Below, piece after piece: positions 38,000 to 50,068 of a DNA stretch of 64,000 nucleotides. Source of the stretch: Gordius albopunctatus. Taxonomy: Eukaryota. The translations under genes were made by a program, and so were the position numbers. The stretch's first letter is position 1; each line of letters starts with the position of its first letter. The notes beneath the pieces were generated by a model, which had not been told where the DNA came from, did not search any database, and saw only the letters and a list, made by a program, of their open reading frames with translations. The DNA is taken from positions 17,980,001-18,044,000 of the forward strand of contig OZ193909.1 of assembly GCA_964276515.1 (NCBI GenBank), written 5' to 3'.

Positions 38000-40735
38000 T
38001 GGTAGCACTTAAATGTCTCTGCCCTACATGTAAGAGAAACATTTGTTTAAACAAAAAAATTGTTTTGTCCCCCATGGCCTTCATCTGGTAAGCTGGCTCC
38101 CCCAAACATAATATGTCCTCCTACAGCACTAGAAATTGAACCTAATAATAATATTGACATTATACCTAACTCTAATACATCCCCAGCTACCACTAATAAT
38201 GTTTATTACAGTGATGAGCCTCTGGATTCAACATGGAGTAAAGTCCTTTTGGCACAATTTCAAGAATTCCAAGAGGAGCACGTCCTTGTTTGCAACAATT
38301 TCTAATAAATTCGCTAAATACTATCATAAGTGATCCACACAACATTGTTGCATGGAAAAAATTAATCAAATTCTCTTATCACATTTTGGCCCCACCCAAA
38401 TCTAAGGAAACAAACCTATCACAAAAAATTAAAAATGAAATTTTGAATTTTGACATTAATAATACACTTCCAGATTATACACCCGATGAAGGAAAATTAA
38501 TATCTTCAACTCCAAAACAAAGAGCAACTAGGATATCCAGGAAAATTCACTCATTTAATATAAAAGGAGCCATGAGACTTTTAGAGGAAAACAATCCAAT
38601 TGTAACCCCTAGTCAGGAATCATATCAACAACTCCTAGCAAAACACCCCAAACATTACTCCCAATATACCTTCCCTCTTACGCCATCCAGCATAACTCTA
38701 GAGTCCTCAGATATAAGTGAAGCTATCAATTCCTTTCCTATGGATTCTGCTGCAGGTTTGGATGGCATTAAACCAATCTATCTTCAAGATCTTATAAAAG
38801 TCGAAAACATCAACTCTCCAGTTTTACTAACTGCCCTAACAAATGTTTGCAATCTAATCATTAATGGCAACATTCCCCAGGAAGTACGACCGATAGTTTT
38901 GGGGCAAAGTTACTTGCTATCGAAAAACCAAACAAATCATTGAGACCGATCGCTATCAGAGGAGTTTTCAGAAGAATCATCTCTAAAATAATATGCAAAG
39001 CAATCAAGCATAATTTATCCCCATCTCTAACGCCTCATCAGCTAGGATTCGGTGTTAAAGGCTGTATTAAATAGCTACGCATGCTGCTAGATTGACCCTT
39101 GAAAATCTACCACCCAGCGAGTCTTTTATAAAATTAGACTTTCAAAATGCCTTTAACAACCTAAATAGAAATTCCTTTATTAACACTTTCATTGATACTT
39201 TTCCCCAATATTCTAACTATATTCTTTTAAGTTATGGCACCCCGTCTATTTTAAAATTTGGACAATTTCCCTTGGCTCCCCCTTATTTTGTATGGCCATC
39301 AAACCATTAATAGATGAAATCAACGACAAATGCAATTTGAGGTTGAACGTATGGTATCTCGACGATGCCACCCTATCAGGCACCACGGAGGATCTAATCA
39401 AAGCTCTTAACATCATTAATGAATACTACATAAAACTTAACCTATCATTAAACGCGACAAAATGCGAAATTTATTCCAACAGCACAACTGACATCCACCC
39501 ATCCTTTGCATCTTTCCTACGCCTTGAGAAGGACGAGGTATTTTTACTAGGTTCTCCAAAAGGCGGTCCAGAATCTTTAAAAAAATATCTCGTCAATAAC
39601 CTTAAGAACTTAAAATGTAAAAATGAAATTTTTAAGCTTCTGCCCGCCCATCACGGATTTTATATATTAAAAAACTACTTTAATATTGCCAAAATATTAT
39701 TTTGCTTCCGATCTACAAGCGCTTTTTTGCATACACATATCTTACATAATTACGAAACCCATCCGTCATGGAATCCACCCTGAACTTATCATTCGATACA
39801 AACACCTGGCTACAAGCCAGATTACCAACAAAATCTGGAGGCCTGCGAATTCGTTCACCAAGCTCCTTATCATTGGCCTCATTCATATCCTCCCACCTTT
39901 CTTCAAAATCCATTGTAGAAAAAGTAATCCCATCTCCGATGAAACATTCGTCAAGGCCCTATCCCTCTGGAACCTTAATGTTATTTCAGAAACCTCCTAT
40001 CCATAAACATCCATTCAAAAAGATTGGGATGCTTCTTTGGTTTCGCGCTCCGTTGCTCACCTACTTACGAGCAGCGATACCAAACAACATTACAACCTTC
40101 GGTCATTGGTGTTTGATAAATCTGGCCACGAATGGCTTGAGGCTTACCCCAGTAAATACTCAAACATGATGTTGGAGGACTCTACGCCTTGGCATCAAAT
40201 ACACCAAACCATATGCATGTAGGAATTGCGACTTGCCAGTTGACGAAGAAGCCCGTCATCCATTACATTGCAGGTTAAACAAATTCAGACACATACGACA
40301 CTCTAAAATCAACTCCATCATCCAGTCAGCCCATGCATCGATTTGTTCGCCCCTTAAAATCTCAATTATGATCCAATGGCCCTCGCCAAGGGGCGCAAAT
40401 TAACAAAATACAAGGCCCTTTTAAACTCAAGTATTTTTATCCCCATAGTTTCATCCTGTTCCGGCTCTTATGGGAAAATGGCATTAGCCTTTTTTAAAGA
40501 AACAGGCAGACGATCTCCTCCTTCTAAATATTCTCCCGCATTTCTACTAAAATAATCAATTGCGATTTTAATCGCAAAATTCAACTTTAAATCCTTTTTG
40601 GATTCTTGTCCTTCGTTGAAAGAGGAAGATGAAGATATATTAGCTATTTAACGCTCTTATTTAATTTTTTTAATATACTAAATTTGTATCACATTTTACC
40701 GTATTATAATTAGCCATATATTAATAAACTTTTTA
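38000..40735 (+). mobile_element. CRE-clade non-LTR retrotransposon (RT + restriction-like endonuclease region), frameshifted
   Basis: N-terminal CPTC. RT motifs SAAGLDG, LRPIA, PHQLGFG, KLDFQNAFN, WYLDDATL, WLQARLP..SGGL. C-terminal CRNC..HPLHC and RHSKIN. aataaa 3' end. Multiple indels, and the QGDPL region is deleted. Confidence 0.88.
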
Positions 40736-42079
40736 TGAAAAAGGAGAAAATTTTGCACAAGAGAGAAAAATCAAAGAAGTTTTTGTCAAAGATCAAGGAC
40801 AAAAATGGCAAATTCTCTCATTAAAATCTCTTAACTTGATGAACGTGTACCGGAAACTAAATGATAATAAACTCTAATTCATGCCATCTAGGGGGAATTT
40901 TTATTTAGAGAATATGTTAAATTTAGATTTTTAGATACTAAAAAAAGAAAAAAATGTTCTTGGTTTTTACCATTTTACATATAATGAACATCGAATTATG
41001 CTACCTGTAATCATTGTAAAAGGTTTCATATAACAAAAAAAAACTGGCCAAAAAACAATTCTCAATTGTTTCAGAGATATCGATATTTTATCCTTTTCGT
41101 TTTTTATATTTGATCTTTGTATTTTTATGAATAAGTTTATTAAAATGAATTAATAAACTTATGCGATTATATTTAAGAAACTTGAAAAATATTCAAATTA
41201 AATTCAATCTTAAAATTTTGAATCGAATTCGAATCCTTATTTTAATATTCGATTGAATTATAAATTCAAAGGCGTGTACCACACACGCATATTTTCTCTC
41301 TAGTTTCTCAATCAAGGCTATATTTATATTAAATTCTAAGTAATAAATTACAGCTTAGCTTATAAATTCTATACTGCTAGTGAAAAATAATGAATCGTAA
41401 GTGTATTCCTTAAACGTTATATTCCCTAAAATTTGTATGTTCTTGTATACAATTTCATTTTAGATCGACTGTTCACTTTTATCAAGTAAATAAATTTTCA
41501 AATTCAGGATTTTTATTTAACAACCATCGATTCAATCTGTTTTATATATAAAAATAAATTACATTCACGACTAAAAATCAATAAAACGCGCTAAAACTAA
41601 ACAAATGGAATTAATACGTGTATTGAAATTGTGTTGGATTGAACGATTTTCATTGTGATCTTATGATACGTGATCCTTTTTCAATTTGTGATTTGTTTGG
41701 AATTTCCTGCCCGATTCAATTTTTTAACTTCCTTGCCCGCCAAAATTCTTCCAAGTGTCCATACGGGCCCGCCCGAATCGTTAAGGATACCCGAAATAAT
41801 AAAATTGCCCGTTAGGCCCGAATTTATGCAATTCAAAACATAGGTCAGTTTTGTTAAAATTTTTCTGTTCGAACCCGGCCCGGTTTAAATTGCCCCCCCC
41901 CCTTAACCCTTCTAAGTGTCCGCTCGAACCATTAGAGCTGCCCGGCCCGATTAATAGGTCACAAAATTTTAATCGATTAATTGTTAATGCATTTAGGTTA
42001 ATAAAGATTTTTTAAATTAGTAATACTTTGTTTGATAAAAAAAAAACTATATTCAATCAATAAATTACCTTCTTGATAT

Positions 42080-42657
42080 TAGAGCTGTAGAAGTTCATCT
42101 TAGATATGAACTAGTTCAAGTTCAGTTTGGGAAAAAAGATTAGACAAGTTCATATTTTTTCAAAAGTAATTAGTTCAAGTTCTTTTTGGAAAAAACGAAC
42201 TAGTTTAGTTCTTAGTTCAAATTTTACTAAATGAACTAGTTCAAATTCAGTTCATTTTATTAAATATAATAGAATTTTAATGCGATCCGAGGAGTTTTTG
42301 AAAAACGTTTTATCTGGTCCAAATTCAGTTTTTTAAATCTAATTACAATTAAAATTCTATGAATCAAGTGATTGAGTTTAATTATTAAAACTTATTATTG
42401 TTTAATTTAAGTTACAAATAGTCCATTATAAAAACTAATTTAATAAACATTTTTTATATACCAACAAGCTTTTTATACAAAACTAAATCAGCTATATAAT
42501 TTTGAAAAACAATACTATATGTAAAACAATTATTTTTCATTTCAAGCAATATAATATATATAATTAAAATTTATAATAGAAATCAGGGGGAAGTAGATGG
42601 GAATTGGACTTGAATAAAATATTATTTTCAAAATTATCATTTAATAAAGAAGAACTT
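42080..42657 (-). mobile_element. Truncated terminal fragment related to the hAT element at 47265-50068
   Basis: tagagctgt.. end, gaactagttcaagttc subterminal repeats, and the last transposase codons (FENNILFKSN) at 42600-42655. Confidence 0.8.
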
Positions 42658-42699
42658 ATAAAATAGGGTTGGCAGGTGTATTCACAAAAATTTCTATAT

Positions 42700-44780
42700 G
42701 GGAATTCTGAAAACGATATAGTTCTAGTCTCTCTGCAAGACTATTGTGCTCCTCAACAATTAATGATGCCCAACTCCTGTTAGATGCTTGTCAAAGTATC
42801 CAAGCAACATGCCCCCGTAACTTATTTATATTTTTATAAATATCTAATATTTGTTTACAGCCATGAGATTTTTACCATCTCAAAAAAGGGGGTTATTCTT
42901 TATTTTAAAGGATATTTATACAATAAAGTAAACAATTCTAAGGATACCACATATTATAGATGCCGTTCCAAAACATGCATAGCTAAAGCTCAGGTGACTG
43001 AGATTGCCACTGTCACCAAGGACCATAATGATGAGCCTCCTCGTGGCGATTATGAGTTCCTTTGTTTTGTCAAAAAAGTTTATTTAAAATTATGTTTTTT
43101 AATATTTTTTTATAGGGATGTTGACTCAGAGGAAGAAAGAACTTTTTTTATCAAAATTTTTATTACGTAAAATACAATGAAAGAAAGAACGGTCAAATAT
43201 ACCTTAGATGCCGTAATTCACATTGCACAGGGAGAGCAATAAAGTTTGGGACCACATATTTTGTTACCAAAGAACGTTTAGATATACCACATAAAAGTAT
43301 AATTTTTTCGAATAAATCAAACTATCTATTTTATAGCAGGGTTAACTCAAGCAATTAATATTCCAAGTTTAGTAGTTACAAGTTCAATCTTAACTTCTTC
43401 CATTCCTTCCAATCAAAGTGAATTTATGTGTTTTTTTAAATCTCTATAATAGTAAATGTGACAAGTTCAATTTTAACTACATCTTCAAATATTCAAAGTG
43501 AATTTTGTTAATTTCATCAATTTAAAATGTTTTATAGTCCTCAATTTTGAGAACTTTAGAACTTCATTAAACACTAGTACGCAATGTTATAGAGGTGTCT
43601 CAAATGAATCTTACATTCCAAGTAATTTTATGTTTAAGTTTTTTAATTTTTTACTTTAGTTCAAATTTCAAGTTCTAGTCTGCATGTTGGAGCATTGTCC
43701 ACAAGAACAAATATGTTTCCAAGTAATTTTATGTCTAAGTTTTTTAATTTTTTAGTTTAGTTCATATTTCAAGTTCTAGTCTGCCTGTTGGAGGGATTGT
43801 CCACAACAACAAACATGATCAGGATCTCAAGTACAATATTTTTACATGATTTATAGCACCATATAAGGTTCAATTAGTGATGCACAACTCATGTTAGATA
43901 CTTGTCAAAGTTTGCAAGCAACATGCCCCCGTAACTTATTTATATTTTTATAAATATCTAATATTTGTTTACAGCCATGAGATTTTTACCATCTCAAAAA
44001 AGGGAGTTATTCTTTATTTTAAAGGATATTTATACAATAAAGTAAACAATTCTAAGGATACCACATATTATAGATGCCGTTCCAAAACATGCATAGCTAA
44101 AGCTCAGGTGACTGAGATTGCCACTGTCACCAAGGACCATAATGAGCCTCCTCGTGGCGATTATGAGTTCCTTTTCACTATAAATATGTTAAAAACGGAA
44201 GTTCTTAACAATCCGAAAGAAAAATTGTCCTCGATATATCATCGAGTGATGCTCAAAGGGTGCGGGATGTTCCAGACCTTAAATTTTTCCCTAAATCCAC
44301 CCCTACCTTGAAATCGGTAAAAAATACGTTAAGGAGAATGAGTATCAATCGATACCCTATCCCCAAAGAGAATAACGAAATGATGCTTTATCCGGAGCAT
44401 AAATTTTCAAACAACGGGGAAAGGTTCTTACTGCACAATCATGACAATCGATTGCTAGTATTTGGTACCCCCGAAAATTTGAAAATTTTATGCGAAGGGG
44501 GCAATTTATATGCTGATGGGACATACTATGTATGTCCCCAACTTTTCAAACAAGTATATGTATTGTACAGATTTATTGTTATTTTCACTTCTATAGGTGT
44601 ACACTATACATTGTTATATCAAGGATCACATGGTTCCTGTGATATTTGCACTTTTACCCGACAAATCTCAAGCCTCATATTCTTTGCTTTTTGGGATTAT
44701 TAAAGATCTGTGTGCTGAATATTCCTTAACACTTCGTCCTCGCTATGTCCAAGTCTATTTTTAGCAAGCCAGTGTGAGCA
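42700..44780 (+). mobile_element. Mutator-like (MULE) transposase pseudogene with duplicated FLYWCH exon
   Basis: FLYWCH exon (GVILYFKGYLY...YYRCRSKTCIAKA...H) at 42861-43060 and again at 43974-44170. MULE core LLVFGT..NLKIL....LYADGTY..CP..FKQ|VYTIH...PVIFALLPDK. The DFE motif is mutated to YF* (44756-44764) and the element is truncated after it. Confidence 0.88.
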
Positions 44781-45133
44781 ACCCATCTAAGTTTCCGCCG
44801 GGGCCCACCCGATTTGTTGAAGCTGCCCGAATTGCCCGGCCCGAAATATTAAATTTGCCCGTTAGTCCCGAATTTATGAGGTCCAAAAAAGAGGTCGGGG
44901 TAGTTTAGATTTTTCTACCCGAACCCGACCCGGTCCAAATTTTTAACTAAATTGTCCGCCTGAACCCTTCTAAGTGTCGGCTCAGCCATGCCCAAACCAT
45001 TAGAGCTGTCCGGCCTGATTAATAAAATTTACCCGGTAGACCCGAAATTATCGAATCCCAAAATCTTTCAAGCACTATTACAAAATAAGCATTAAATTAA
45101 TGTCATAAGATGACAATATTTTATTATTCATAA

Positions 45134-46977
45134 TCTAATATATAAAAATAACGTGAAACGGTGTGTGTGGTTAAACTCCCCCGAAACGGCTGGACTGATT
45201 TAGATGGAAAATTCTGCGAATGATTGGTAGGTCTGAGCCTAGGTTTTTAACTATATTCCAAATTTCTAAGTCACAAGGCGGTCAGGTTATTTAGTCTTAT
45301 ACGTTTTGACGTTTAGTAAAATGTCACTCAAACGCCACCTCATGACGTATACTGCGTATCTATCGTGTTGTGAATGTATCCTTCCGCACAAACAATTCAA
45401 ATACTGTTCTCTTAATAAGTAAATCATATCTTCAAAATTTTATTCTTTTGTAGAACCTGTCGTGTCCCCACGGGACCGGGACAATAAATAACTCAACCCG
45501 TACCCTAAATGCCCCTGCCTTGTTGTTAGGATTCCCTTATTATTTGAGTTAATTATGGATTAAGGAGGGGGGAGCAGGTGTAGTTATGCAGGGGATTGAG
45601 TATTGTATTCTCATAGTGAGGAGAGCGGTCAAGATTAAGCAGTTCAAAAAGATGTAAGAAAAGATAAGCTTAAAATGTGGCCGGAAAAGGCCTAGTAGAT
45701 AAAGAGAAGTAAATGGAATAAATAAAGGGAACAGGCGGGGGTTAGAAAACCTGGTGGTCATGATAAGAATCCCTGTTTCGAGTAAGAAAGAATTAATTAA
45801 AGGGTTATTTTTATTTTACAGTTAATTCCCCGTTGGGGGAATTACCGTATCTTCTCTGACCTTACAAACCGTGCGAAATTCCCTTCACGTCTAAAATACT
45901 ACTATTACCAAGATTATTATATATATTTTGTCATTGCTTTACGAAATTCCCTTCCTCGCTACAACCCCTCAGATAATTATAATTGCCACGCTAATTGTAT
46001 CCTATGACGTGACTTGTATCGAATATAAAGATCTAATAAAGTTCATTTATTGTAAATTGATTCTGGACTACGTTCACTCTCAATATAGCCGAAAACATAT
46101 AAGGCATCAATATTTAACGACCGGGATTAAGAGCCAAAATCCCCTGAAACTATCACTCCAACCCTGGCGTTACAGAAGCCCTTGAACATAACAATTGACC
46201 AAGACAAACATCATCCATCGTTACTGGACAAAACAGAACCTATGTGCAATACTTCAAAACCCTAACCCGATTAGATTAGCTTTCGCAATGACAATTAATA
46301 AAGCCCAGGGCCAAACAATGTCTATTTGTGGCTTAGATTTGAGCACACCATCCTTTTCCCACGGACAACTATATCTGGCATGTTCTCGCGTGGGTAAACC
46401 ATCCAGTTTGTTCGTGTTGTCTAAAGACGGTCTAACCAAAAATATTGTATACTCCATAGCACTTAGAGATTAATTGTGAAGTAAAACGGATCAGGGATTT
46501 TATTTATCGTTTCGGTAAGTATATCAATACATTATAGATGATTTTATTAAGTTAAACTTTAAATATCTGAAATATTGTGTCGATTATGTTATACAATAAT
46601 CGTATCCATTAATACGACGGGGCGTGGAGAGGAGGGATGGCGGGCGCATTACGGATTTATTTTCATCGTTTATGTAAGTGTCTAAAAATGTATAAAATAA
46701 ACAATATTTCTCCTGTTTATAGCCTATGATATAATAAATCCTATAAATTATGTTTTTCCAGATCTTCCAATCGAAGGACGGTGGGGTGGAGAGGAGGGAT
46801 GGCGGGAATCCTTAATACTTCCACCAAATCCGATTCCAGCTTCGATTTTTTGCACTAGGTATTCAGATAGACCTTCTTCAGGTTTTATTTTTAATTTTTT
46901 GATGAATTGTCTCAAATTTGAAATATACATAACTAAAGATATACATATAGCAAAACAACGTTTGAGGGGTCAGCTAG
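45134..46977 (+). mobile_element. Helitron with PIF1 helicase C-terminal remnant
   Basis: a|TCtaatatataaaa ... caacgtttgaggggtcagCTAG|t. Motif PIRLAFAMTINKAQGQT...FSHGQLYLACSRV (46267-46473). Confidence 0.9.
45458..46235. mobile_element. Solo LTR (778 bp) nested in the Helitron
   Basis: TG...CA ends with inverted termini tgtcgtgtcc / ggacaaaaca and a perfect 5-bp TSD gaacc (45453-45457 / 46236-46240). Confidence 0.85.
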
Positions 46978-46979
46978 TT

Positions 46980-47140
46980 ATTATGTAAAAATAACAAATC
47001 GTCTGCAATTTCCGGGGAAAATCTTGTGCGTCTTTCCTCTATTAATCTTCCTGCGATAGAAAAACTTCTTTCACTAGCAGCACTCGTCGCCGGGATGGCA
47101 AAGAGTATTTTTGTAAACCTTGCTAATTTAGGATACCTAA
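46980..47140 (-). mobile_element. C-terminal dimerisation-domain exon of an older hAT transposase
   Basis: The minus strand translates YPKLARFTKILFAIPATSAASERSFSIAGRLIEERRTRFSPEIADDLLFLHNN. Confidence 0.85.
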
Positions 47141-47264
47141 AATAGTTATAATTTTTAATAACTTTAATGTGACTTGTTTGCTTTATTTTTCCACAATGTT
47201 TTTTTAGTTGTTAAGAAATTAAATGAATTACAATTATGCGCATTGTTAGAAAATGGCATGAGCC

Positions 47265-50068
47265 CAGAGCTGTTAAAGTTCATCTATGATACGAACTAGT
47301 TCAAGTTCATAGTTCAATTTGAAAAAATCATTAGTTCAAGTTCAAGTTCATTTTTTTTTCAAAAGTAACCAGTTCAAGTTCATGTAGGAAAAAATGTAAC
47401 TAGTTCAAGTTAATAGTTCAATTTTACAAAAATAACTAGTTAAAGTTCAGTTCATTTTTTTAAATATGATAAAGTTTAAATCTAATCCAATTTAGGAAAT
47501 GATTCCTAAATTAAAATCAGTTTTTGTTGAGAGCTATCCAAAATTTTAAATAAATTTCATAGTTTATTTTATTATATATTTGAAAATCTAATTTAAGGAA
47601 ATATTCATATATAACAAAATCATCAACTATACAATGTTTAAAATCTTTATTACAAACAATATACAATTATAATTTACAATAAAAATCATGTGAAAGTAGA
47701 TGTGAATTGGACTTTAATAAAATATTATTCTCAAAATTATCGTTTAATAAACAAGTACGTTTATCTCCAAATATAAGCTTTCCCAGACTGAAAAGCCTTT
47801 CAACTGGAGCACTAGATGGAAGGCAAACATTAAATTTGATAAAAATTTGCTTTAGATTGGGAAATTCATCGAATACATCAAATGAGGTATTATTTAATTT
47901 AATATAGTCTTCAATTGTTTCTTTATTAGAATTCTCGCGTATTATATCAAAAAAATCTAAACCATTCTGTGTATCATGCACCTCGATATTTTCAGTTGTT
48001 TGAGGCACTAGTAAATTTATTGCTTTTAAGATTCTGGACCTTTCCTCCACATTTTCCGGTGACCGGATCCAAGCCCAGTCTGTCTTAAAAATTGGATGCA
48101 GGACAGCTGCAATAATATTTTCCTCATCATAGAGATCAGGAAATCTTAAAACCATATGATTTATATATTAAATCCATTTATATTTGATACCTGATGTTTA
48201 TTCCTTTCAAAATAGCATCTTTTAATGGTTGAGCCCATTTTAAGTTAACCATATTCTGCAGACATAACTGAATCTGGCTTATGGTAGGTGTATAATAAGC
48301 CATATACATGTATGTTTGCCCCTGCAAAATTTCAAGGGCCTTAGCAAGTGGCTCCATTACCTTAAAAAAATTAAATAAATTTAAATTAATGACTTACTAA
48401 GTGATATTCCTGTAAAAAATTTGATTTTTCCAAAGAAAGCCTTTCAAGCCTTAATTCATCACAGAGAGTATGAAAATCACTAGGCTTATTTTGAATCATT
48501 TTTATTATAACAGAGATGGAATCAAATGTTGAATTCCATCTAGTTACTACAGGGTAGGGTATATTACACCCAAAACGGTTACGTATGGTTTGTGCCGATA
48601 TTGTGGATCTGCTATTGAGGTTCCAAAGTGCCTGGCACTTACAGAATGAAGAATTATATAATTTAGTAAACCCATTATTGTTTTTCAAAAGTTTGTTAAC
48701 ATCACTTGTAGCAATCAGATTTAGGGTGTGACAAGCACATCTCTTATGTTTGGGTAGATAATCATAATCATTTTGATTATATCCTTCTAAACCAGCCCGA
48801 TCAAGTATATCCTTAAGAGATACTACTTCCTCCTGCATCTCATCATTTTCATTAAAAATCCTATATAAAAGTTAGGAAAGAAGAATTATATAAATAGTAC
48901 CTGAATGCTTTAACGAAATTATATCCGTTGTCAGTAATTGTACAGATATTTTTGTTTTGAATATGGTACTCTTTGTAAATTTGAGTGAGGGATTTGCATA
49001 TAACATCAAAAGAGTGCCTCCCCTCTAAACATTTGCAGGCTAGAACTGCATCAACTCTTTTAAGACTCTCATCGTCTATCCAATGAGCTGTTACCCCAAT
49101 AAATGACCTAACAACAAAAATAAATTGACAATTTTAGAGAAATTAATAAGTACTTATTAAATGCTGTCCAACAGTCTGCAGTTGTACATACATACTTGGG
49201 TGCCATTAACTTTGTTCTAACTGTATCTTTCATCTTTGCAGCAAATTTTATTACCTTCCCTGTGAGTGTTTGCCTACAAATTGTTTTTGCTTTTGGATTA
49301 AAAGCCCTCAACAATTCATTGAAGTGCTCATCATCACATAGCGAAAATGGTTGATTAGCATTGATTATATATTTAATAATTGCCATTTGGGAATTTTGGT
49401 TATATAAAGGCCTGTGTTAACTTTTTGTTAGCTTCACAACTTTTCCAGCCTTATTCTTGACAGCCTTCTTAATCTCATCATGTTTTTGAAAGTGAGACAC
49501 CTAGATTTTATATTATAAATTATAATAAGTTATTCTTATTACCTTTATATGTCTCCATAAATTGGCTGTTGAGGTTCTTGAAGCCGCCACAACTTTAGTG
49601 CATAGTTTGCACTTAACTTTGAATGAATCTTTATCTGAAGATACATATTTGAAGTATTCTTCCATTGAAGGCCAAGGTAAAAAGGTAGATTGAGCTGCCT
49701 CGTTCCTATTATCTACTTCAGAGCAAATACCCGAATCCCTAAGGGTATCCATCTTTTCTAAAAATTTCTGTGTTTTTAAAATCAAAAATTCGCGGTTACT
49801 GTGTGTCTGTATGATTACCGACAAGACAATACACGTCAAATTGTTGATGCATATACACTCGGCTTATAAATTTATTTTAAATAATATATTTGTGATGAAC
49901 TAGTTCAATTACATTGTATAGTTCAAGTTCAGAATTAGAAAAAAAATAATTAGTTCAAGTTCAATCTTAAAAAAATGAACTAGTTCAAGTTCACAGTTCA
50001 AATTTTTGGGAAGGTAACTAGTTCAGTTCTAAGTTCAGAAAAAAGTGAACTAGTTCTTAACAGCTCTG
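47265..50068 (-). mobile_element. Full-length hAT DNA transposon (2804 bp)
   Basis: TIR cagagctgttaa at both ends, perfect 8-bp TSD catgagcc (47257-47264 / 50069-50076), and gaactagttcaagttc subterminal arrays. Confidence 0.97.
47667..49752 (-). pseudogene. hAT transposase (BED finger + DDE), 6 exons, 624 codons with one in-frame TAA
   Basis: Exons 49752-49543, 49500-49154, 49107-48901, 48860-48398, 48360-48191, 48144-47667. Motifs: CKLC..NL.RH..H (BED), TADCWT, TDNG.N, CACH.LNL, TRWNS, SSAPVERLFS. A single stop lies at 49417-49419 (codon 98). Confidence 0.88.

Noticed and set aside
37030..41310. DNA transposon enclosing the CRE element
   Set aside because: Only weak inverted similarity (..tacacg.cc) between the ends, and no TSD or transposase could be read.
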